A DNA stretch of 64,000 nucleotides from an uncultured Desulfurococcales archaeon (lineage in GTDB: Archaea; Thermoproteota; Thermoprotei_A; Sulfolobales; CAZFJX01). The position numbers were made by a program, and so were the translations under genes. Positions 37,437 through 44,383 of the stretch are shown piece after piece. The notes below the pieces were generated by a model that searched no databases, was not told where the DNA came from, and saw only the letters and a program-made list of their open reading frames with translations. Location of the stretch: the NCBI GenBank assembly GCA_964519505.1, contig CAZFJX010000002.1:72958-136957 (forward strand), read 5' to 3'. Numbering within the stretch: position 1 is the stretch's first letter; every line of letters begins with the position of its first letter.

Positions 37437-38288
37437 GTGGGCACCTCACCCAAGAGCGAGGTCGCATCCCAAACAGCATTTGAAGAGCTTATTAAATCAA
37501 TAAGTCAAAGGCTGAGGAAGATAAAGTATAGGATAGCTGTAATAAGTGGTAAGGGGGGTGTTGGTAAGTCATTCATAAGTGCGTCATTAGCTTTAGGGTT
37601 AGCTTTAAGGAAGAGAAGGGTGGGTTTGCTTGATGCAGACCTTCATGGACCGTCAATACCTAAGATATTGGGGCTTGAGGGGAGGAGACTTATTGCTGGC
37701 CCTCCAGGGATTTTCCCTGTTGAAGGACCTTTAGGTGTAAAGGTTGTTTCAATACAGTTCCTCCTAGAGAGTGAAGACTCGCCAGTAATATGGAGGGGCC
37801 CACTAAAGTCTAGAGCGATAATGGAGTTCTTGAGTGGTATAGTATGGGGTGAGCTTGACTACCTCATTATAGACCTACCTCCAGGAACAGGTGATGAAGT
37901 TCTAAGTATAGCCCAGTGGATAAGGCCGTTTACGGGTGCGGTTGTTGTTACTATACCGTCAGAGCTTTCTAAGACTGTTGTTAAGAAAGCAATAAGGTTT
38001 TGTAAGGTGCTGAACATGTCTGTTTTAGGAATAGTTGAAAACATGAGTGAGTTCTATTGCCCGGATACTGGTAAGACATACAAGGTATTTGGCAAAGGTG
38101 TTGGGCAAGAGCTAGCTAGGGAATACGCTATTAAGTACTTAGGCTCCATACCTCTAGACCCTAGAATATCAGAAGCTAATGATAAGGGTGAACCATTCCT
38201 ACTGAAATACAGTGATTCACCATCAGCTAAGGCATTAATGGAAATAGTTGATAAGATCATAGCTATAGTTGAGGGGCGGGGAACGTAA
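37437..38288 (+). CDS. Mrp/ApbC/NBP35-family Fe-S cluster carrier ATPase
   Basis: Deviant Walker A SGKGGVGKS and the ENMS string. The usual CxxC is CPDTG here (second Cys absent). Confidence 0.82.
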   Translation: MGTSPKSEVASQTAFEELIKSISQRLRKIKYRIAVISGKGGVGKSFISASLALGLALRKRRVGLLDADLHGPSIPKILGLEGRRLIAGPPGIFPVEGPLGVKVVSIQFLLESEDSPVIWRGPLKSRAIMEFLSGIVWGELDYLIIDLPPGTGDEVLSIAQWIRPFTGAVVVTIPSELSKTVVKKAIRFCKVLNMSVLGIVENMSEFYCPDTGKTYKVFGKGVGQELAREYAIKYLGSIPLDPRISEANDKGEPFLLKYSDSPSAKALMEIVDKIIAIVEGRGT

Positions 38289-38297
38289 GTCTTAAAA

Positions 38298-38966
38298 TTA
38301 GATGGGTATTAATGAGATGCCTAAGAAAGTTTTAGTTAAGACATCCACACCAAATATGAAGAACGCTATGGATATGAACAGTAACAGCAACCTATATGTC
38401 TTTAAGCCTGCAATGTTAATACCTAGCCTAAATAAGTAAGCTACGAATGTCAGCCAGAAGAAGTCGTACCATACGTGAGTAAGGAACATTATAGGGAACG
38501 TATGTAAGCCTAACTCATTGACTTTTAGGAGTATCGGTGCGGCCGCAGTTACCCACCATATGAGGAAGTAAGGGTTAAACCCTGTGAGTAATACACCTAC
38601 AAGTATAGGGTTTAGGTTAGTAAGCTTTGATGGTAGTGATCTAGGTGCTTCAGCTCTTAAAGCGCTCTTTAGCGTTAAGTACGCGAAGAAGAATATGAAT
38701 AATGAGATCACTAAAGCCATAAACATACGTACATAAGTGCCCACTAGGTAGGTATATATCGCTGAATATATGAATAGCAACATAATTACATATGGTAATT
38801 CAACTATCACGTGACCGATAGCAACGTAGAAACCGCCTTTCCACCCCTTCTTAACTCCTGCTAACATAGCGCTAAGTGTGAGTGGTCCAGGGCTTAAGGC
38901 GCCATTAGGGGATATGTATAATGTCATTAATACTAGCGATATTAACCCACCCAAGTAATCCACCAA
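38298..38966 (-). CDS. LysE/RhtB-type amino-acid exporter family membrane protein
   Basis: Six hydrophobic spans, an N-terminal SPGPLTL motif and 222 aa are typical of the family. Confidence 0.6.
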   Translation of the reverse strand: MVDYLGGLISLVLMTLYISPNGALSPGPLTLSAMLAGVKKGWKGGFYVAIGHVIVELPYVIMLLFIYSAIYTYLVGTYVRMFMALVISLFIFFFAYLTLKSALRAEAPRSLPSKLTNLNPILVGVLLTGFNPYFLIWWVTAAAPILLKVNELGLHTFPIMFLTHVWYDFFWLTFVAYLFRLGINIAGLKTYRLLLLFISIAFFIFGVDVLTKTFLGISLIPI

Positions 38967-39012
38967 TTAGTATCAAAAAGACCTAACTACGCCACGGTAT
39001 TAAAACATTTAG

Positions 39013-40881
39013 TTAGCCCTGATGTAGTTCCCCTATGCTTGCGCGCCCTATGTCGTAGTGACCCATTAATGGTTCGCTAGTCTTGAACGTTACATAGCCT
39101 GATCTTATGGCTGAAGACCTTAATACACCCTCCCTATCAGGCGCTAGCATTAAGAACCTAGCATACTCGGGCGGTATCTGTAAGTCCTCTATAAAGGCTT
39201 TCTCGGTCCTTAAGATCACTTTAGTGTTAGATAACTGAATTATTATCTTATGTACATCTCTAGGTGAGTGCGTCGAGAATATAAGCCCTAACCCTCTAGA
39301 CCTACCTAACCTAGCAATCATGGATATGAAGTCAGCAAGAACCTCAACCTCCTCACCTGAGGTACCCTCAGCAGGGAAGAACCTATGCGCCTCATCAAAA
39401 ATAACTACCGATGGCCTATCGAAAATTTTAGCCCTAAACTTCTTCCATTCATACATAGACCTTAAGAACTCATACGCAAGTAGGTTAAGCGCGAACTGCT
39501 GAACTCCTTGTAGCACTCCGTAGTCTAAATCAAGGATTATAGGTCCCCTATAATCCCTCATCAACATGTCTGCAGGCGGTATCTTAATCTGTCTATTCTC
39601 TAAAACAACATCGGAGATCTCGGTTCCTGCAAGCCACTTAAACACTCTCTCAATATTATCTAATGTTGACCTATGTATCTTAAAGTAGTTATGTATGTTC
39701 TCCCTATGGTCAACAAAAACTTCTTGCAGTCTCTCAAAAGAGTTAATTCCGTGACCTACCTTCTCTAAGTAGTTAATCATTAGGTCTAAGTAGATCCGGG
39801 CCTGCCTGGAAAATAGTGGAATTATATTTAAGTGAGGCTTAAGCTGCTCATAATTTAATGCTATGGGGATTATTTCCACTTTAGTTATTAAGTCAGCACG
39901 TACCTTCAAATCAACGATAACTGACTTTACATAACCTAAGTTCCTACCTTCATCAGGACTTAGTTCGTACTCGAGTTTACGTCCATGAAATAGGTCTAGG
40001 ATCTTCTCATACCTATCGGTTATGAAAGTCTCAACGAATTCCTTAATGCTCTTAAACTCCCTAGTGACTGGTGTTAATATTGTGAAGTATTTCGGGTACT
40101 TACTTAGATAATCCTCCCTAGACTTAATGATCACGTTAGCGTCTGAGGGTAGTGTGAGCGGCGGTATAGCTATTTGTGTGTAATCACCTGCAGCATCAAT
40201 TATTACTATACCTACATCAGCCCAGTCCTTCTGCATTGCATAGATAATGTTCTTTATTAAGGTTGTCTTACCTGAGCCAGTAGTACCTACTATCAATACA
40301 TGCTTAAAGAACTCAGACCTAGGTAACCTTACAGGGACCGTACCATTAGCAACAGGTTCTAAACCGCCAAGTAAAACCCCAAGTACAACTCCCTCAGTAG
40401 GTAATCCAGTAACCTTAACAATTAGCTCGGGATCCTTAGGTATCACAACGGGTGACTGAGGCTCTATAGGTGAAAGCAAGGGTTCACCTTCCTCAGATAG
40501 TAATGGCTCAGCATCAACTATTGTAGGGGTTATGAGGCCCTCAGGCTCGATATCTAAGGGCAATGAGATGGGTGGTGAAGACTCGGAAATAACGTCAACC
40601 CTAGATATAGACTTAACTCTAATCCCGTAGGTTTTTAATGAGCCTATATCAACAGCTACTAAATAATCATTTACCGCTATGCGATAGTTGAAATATGTTT
40701 GTGGGTCAATCTCAAACTGTATGGTTAAGCCAGTATCACTACCCGAAGCTAATGAAGCCCTACGCCTTGATACCCTACCTATTATCGTACCTAACCCACG
40801 GGCCTTCTTAATAGCCTCCCTAACTTTACTCTCGAGTACCTTAACACGCTCCTCATATCCCCTTATTATGTCGTAACTCAC
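39013..40881 (-). CDS. HerA/FtsK-superfamily ATPase (HerA-like, DUF87-type)
   Basis: Walker A GTTGSGKTT, Walker B VVIFDEAHRF and a HAS-barrel-like N-terminal region after a short coiled-coil. Overlaps the upstream NurA-like gene by 4 nt. Confidence 0.8.
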   Translation of the reverse strand: MSYDIIRGYEERVKVLESKVREAIKKARGLGTIIGRVSRRRASLASGSDTGLTIQFEIDPQTYFNYRIAVNDYLVAVDIGSLKTYGIRVKSISRVDVISESSPPISLPLDIEPEGLITPTIVDAEPLLSEEGEPLLSPIEPQSPVVIPKDPELIVKVTGLPTEGVVLGVLLGGLEPVANGTVPVRLPRSEFFKHVLIVGTTGSGKTTLIKNIIYAMQKDWADVGIVIIDAAGDYTQIAIPPLTLPSDANVIIKSREDYLSKYPKYFTILTPVTREFKSIKEFVETFITDRYEKILDLFHGRKLEYELSPDEGRNLGYVKSVIVDLKVRADLITKVEIIPIALNYEQLKPHLNIIPLFSRQARIYLDLMINYLEKVGHGINSFERLQEVFVDHRENIHNYFKIHRSTLDNIERVFKWLAGTEISDVVLENRQIKIPPADMLMRDYRGPIILDLDYGVLQGVQQFALNLLAYEFLRSMYEWKKFRAKIFDRPSVVIFDEAHRFFPAEGTSGEEVEVLADFISMIARLGRSRGLGLIFSTHSPRDVHKIIIQLSNTKVILRTEKAFIEDLQIPPEYARFLMLAPDREGVLRSSAIRSGYVTFKTSEPLMGHYDIGRASIGELHQG

Positions 40882-41978
40882 TTCATCTCACCCCTTAGTT
40901 CATAAGGGACTGAAAGCCCATAGAACTCGAATCTCTTAATAATGTAGTTCTTTAACATCCTAACTAAAGATTTACTTATCCTATCTGCCTCAAGTAACTT
41001 TATCGGTATTAAGAATCTATTATTTAATGAGCTGTATGTAAGGAATGTTACAAGCTCACTAAGTGATTTAGGCTTTATACTCTCGTAAGTCTCTTTAAGC
41101 ATCTCAATCCTAAAGATACCGTATGAACCCTTAACCACGGATCTAGGTATTGCTACGTATGTGAATACCCTATCAGGACCCAAATGGGCCTTCTCATATA
41201 TGAAGAAAGGGGTTCTTAATGGTTTATGAGGGGGTCTCAGCTTAATGAGGTATCTATTAAGTACATTTACGTCCCTATCTTTACCGAAGTATTTAGTGGG
41301 TAGGTACTTACTTGTTTCGATACGCTTAACTATGGCTAACGGTATGAAGCCTTCCTCAGTAAGCTCCTTAAACATCTTTACCCTCTCTTCATTAAGTTTA
41401 TGTAACTCATCATTCCATCTACTTCTTAAGTTCTCTGAATGGTAAATTGGGTAGTATATTGGACCGTCAATAAGAATAATGGTCTCTCTAAAAACCCTCT
41501 TACTTAATGCCATTAAGTATGTCTCCATCGATATCCTTACATCATGTTCTAAAGCCCCTTCAGGTAATGCTTTATCTTCCCTATACTTAATGCCTAGCTT
41601 GATATATGAGGTGGTGACCCCAGGAAGCCCTTCTTTATCACCTAAGTAAGATATGAAAGGTATTGGTAAGTCCCTTAAGGATATCCTTGGGTAGTAAATG
41701 CATTGACCCCAGTAAATAGTGCCTGCAGCTGCAGCTAACTCAATGCCGTAAGTACTTACTGACGTACTACTAGCGTCTAAACCTATAACCCTCCTATAGG
41801 TGACTTCACCCTTCTCTATAGGCTTAAATAAGGTTTTACATTCAAAATCCTCTAAAGGTCTTGATAGGTCACCACCTAAATAGTCAAGTACCGTTAACTT
41901 AGGCCTATGTATAGGTAAGGCTTTCGCAAACGTTAAAGTGTCCTTCACCACCTCCTCTAAGACATTAAACACAACCAC
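40878..41978 (-). CDS. NurA-like nuclease (RNase H-like fold)
   Basis: Acidic motif series IGLDASS, RISMETY, ILIDGPIY and LLEADRIS, in the order expected for NurA catalytic residues. Coupled to the HerA-like gene. Confidence 0.62.
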   Translation of the reverse strand: MVVFNVLEEVVKDTLTFAKALPIHRPKLTVLDYLGGDLSRPLEDFECKTLFKPIEKGEVTYRRVIGLDASSTSVSTYGIELAAAAGTIYWGQCIYYPRISLRDLPIPFISYLGDKEGLPGVTTSYIKLGIKYREDKALPEGALEHDVRISMETYLMALSKRVFRETIILIDGPIYYPIYHSENLRSRWNDELHKLNEERVKMFKELTEEGFIPLAIVKRIETSKYLPTKYFGKDRDVNVLNRYLIKLRPPHKPLRTPFFIYEKAHLGPDRVFTYVAIPRSVVKGSYGIFRIEMLKETYESIKPKSLSELVTFLTYSSLNNRFLIPIKLLEADRISKSLVRMLKNYIIKRFEFYGLSVPYELRGEMK

Positions 41979-42042
41979 TTTACTTCCTCACTAAATACCT
42001 CCTTCTTTATAAAATTTAAATAAGTTTCCATAAGTGAGATAA

Positions 42043-42390
42043 TTAGGTAGGCCAACCAGCAAGAGGGGGTTAACCTTAAGAGATATTAATGAGAGGTATA
42101 TTGAAAACTTAAAGGGATTATTCAAAAGGCTCTTCTTAGGATACCGTAATTACTTTGACAAGAATGGGATCCTTAACTCTGATGGTAGGAGGCTTTTCAA
42201 GGAAATAGCTCGCTTACTACTTTACGTATTCCCTGAACATAAGGGTATAGTTAAGAAAGTTCGTAAGGACCCTAGGCTTAGCAACGTCATTAAAGTTGCT
42301 GAGTTAGTTATGAGTTCTGAAGAGATTAATGAGTTAGTGAGCTTAGGTATTTACGGTCCATACAGGTATTTAATACATAATAATGATTAA
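42043..42390 (+). other. 115-codon open frame without canonical start codon (possible gene with unusual start, or decayed gene)
   Basis: Stop-to-stop frame LGRPTSKRGLTLRDINERYIENLKGLFKRLF...GPYRYLIHNND. There is no ATG, GTG or TTG until codon 90. A TATAAAATTTAAATA box lies at about 42009-42024. Absent from the ORF track. Confidence 0.25.
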
Positions 42391-42403
42391 TTAAACGATA
42401 ACT

Positions 42404-43009
42404 ATGACTGGAGGATACATTAAACTACCTAAACCTGTTTTCACTGGGCACATGAGTCTTGAGGAGGTTCTTTACTTAAGAAGGTCGTATAGGAGGTTTA
42501 AGGATAAGCCGTTAAACATGAAGGAGATTTCTCAACTCTTATGGGCTGCTTACGGTACTAATAGGTGGGGTAAGAAGGTAGTTCCTTCGGCGGGTGCCAC
42601 ATACCCTCTTGAAATATTCCTGGTTGTTAGAGATGGTGGTGTTGTTGGTTTAGACCCCGGAGTTTATAGGTATTTACCCGATGATCACGCACTTGAGTTA
42701 ATTCTTAAGGGCGATGTTAGTGATGCTTTATGTAGAGCTTGTCTTTCTCAAGGCTGGGTAAAGGATGCGGCAATTAATGTGATCATAGGGGCTATTTATG
42801 AAAGAACTACAGGTTGGTATGGTGAGCGTGGGATTAGATATGTGCTTTTCGAAGTAGGTCATAGTGGTCAAAATGTAATGCTCCAGGCAACTGCTCTAGG
42901 TCTGGGTTCGGTAATAATCGGTGCATTCATCGACAATGAGGTTGCTAAAGTTCTTAAATTACCAAGAAACGTAAAGCCCCTCTACGTAATACCTATAGGT
43001 CGTATATAG
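42404..43009 (+). CDS. SagB/ThcOx-type nitroreductase-family dehydrogenase
   Basis: RRSYRRF and PSAGATYPLEIFLVV strings are characteristic of the SagB-type dehydrogenase domain; 201 aa. Confidence 0.72.
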   Translation: MTGGYIKLPKPVFTGHMSLEEVLYLRRSYRRFKDKPLNMKEISQLLWAAYGTNRWGKKVVPSAGATYPLEIFLVVRDGGVVGLDPGVYRYLPDDHALELILKGDVSDALCRACLSQGWVKDAAINVIIGAIYERTTGWYGERGIRYVLFEVGHSGQNVMLQATALGLGSVIIGAFIDNEVAKVLKLPRNVKPLYVIPIGRI

Positions 43010-43010
43010 G

Positions 43011-43589
43011 TCATTCAAGACCGCGTGCTCTTAGTGAGTCAGTAAGTATGTTTAGCCTAATTAACGCATTCATAAGTAACGTAAAAAGTACTGGTACATA
43101 CCGTAGTGTAAAGCCTCTAAACATAAAGCCCCTTGCCCTATGAGTTTCCGTTATGAGCACCAACTCAGTAATTAGTGACGCTGAAAGCTGGTATATCACT
43201 GTAAAGAACCTAACCTTAAGTAATTCATCTATCTGTGACGCAGGTGTAGTTACGTAGAAGACTATTAACTGAAGAGTCGTTGATGCTGTATAGAAGCATA
43301 GGTATAGGAAACCAATCATGTTACCACTAATTAAGTAAAGGGTCGCTAACATTACGGCTATGAAGCTTGTAAAAATGGCTGTAAGGATCTTGATTAACTT
43401 GAATAAGTTTAGGTATATCAAAACACATAATGCGTACATAATTAGTGCTGTGTTTATGGTAACCAATAGGGTTAATGGGTAGAAATAGGTGCTCAACGCT
43501 AGGACTATCAATGCAAGCTTAATCCACATGAACTCTCTTGCATGTAATGGTGTATGGAGTTTCTGAGCTTTAATTATATCAGGGATCAT
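43011..43589 (-). CDS. ECF-transporter transmembrane (T/CbiQ-like) component
   Basis: Polytopic, with two coupling-helix ARG motifs (THRARGF, SLRARGLE). Overlaps the ATPase gene by 4 nt. Confidence 0.6.
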   Translation of the reverse strand: MIPDIIKAQKLHTPLHAREFMWIKLALIVLALSTYFYPLTLLVTINTALIMYALCVLIYLNLFKLIKILTAIFTSFIAVMLATLYLISGNMIGFLYLCFYTASTTLQLIVFYVTTPASQIDELLKVRFFTVIYQLSASLITELVLITETHRARGFMFRGFTLRYVPVLFTLLMNALIRLNILTDSLRARGLE

Positions 43590-44320
43590 TTAAACCACCA
43601 CGAGGGCGGTATAACTTTAGATTCCATAAGTATGCTATCTAAATACTTAGTTAAGGGTCCATTATACCTCACTTTACCGTCATAAATCACGGTTACTGAC
43701 TTAGGTCTTAGCTTATTGAGTATTAACGGATTATGGCTCGTTACCACAATGGTTTTTCCTCTCTTTAAGTCCTCATTAATTAAGTTGAGAAGGACCTCAG
43801 TGCCTGTGAGGTCAAGCCCTTCAAAGGGTTCATCAAGTAGGTATATGGGTTGGTCAGCTATTAATACACTGACTATACTTACTTTCTTAGCTTCACCACC
43901 GCTTAATGTAAAAGGTGATCTGTTGAGTAATCCCTTTAGACCGAATTTATCAATAAGCTCCCACCTACCTTTACGACCTGTATTCTTCAGTATGAATGAT
44001 ATCTCACGCTTAACGCTCTCCTCGAAAAATCCGTAGTAAGGGTTTTGCCATACATAACCAATAATTTTAGCTAATTCCTTAGGTCTTAAGTCCTTAACGT
44101 CCTTACCGTAGACCAACACTTTTCCCTCTAACGGCTTAACTAAGTTAACTATCGCCCTAAGTAACGTTGTTTTCCCTGAGCCGTTAGGTCCTAAAATCAC
44201 GTGAGTACCTGGTGTGAATCTTAATGAAATCCCTTTAAGCACTAGTTTACCATTAAGTCTTACCTTAAGATCCTTAATAATTATCGGTATACTCAATAAC
44301 CTCACCTTAATACTCTTCAA
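43586..44320 (-). CDS. ABC/ECF transporter ATP-binding protein
   Basis: Walker A GPNGSGKTT, signature LSGGEAKK, Walker B IYLLDEP. Confidence 0.82.
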   Translation of the reverse strand: MKSIKVRLLSIPIIIKDLKVRLNGKLVLKGISLRFTPGTHVILGPNGSGKTTLLRAIVNLVKPLEGKVLVYGKDVKDLRPKELAKIIGYVWQNPYYGFFEESVKREISFILKNTGRKGRWELIDKFGLKGLLNRSPFTLSGGEAKKVSIVSVLIADQPIYLLDEPFEGLDLTGTEVLLNLINEDLKRGKTIVVTSHNPLILNKLRPKSVTVIYDGKVRYNGPLTKYLDSILMESKVIPPSWWFK

Positions 44321-44383
44321 TAAGTCAAGCTTAATAAACCGATCTAATGAGGGCTAAGAAATAATTGATGTCTATCTCCGCCT

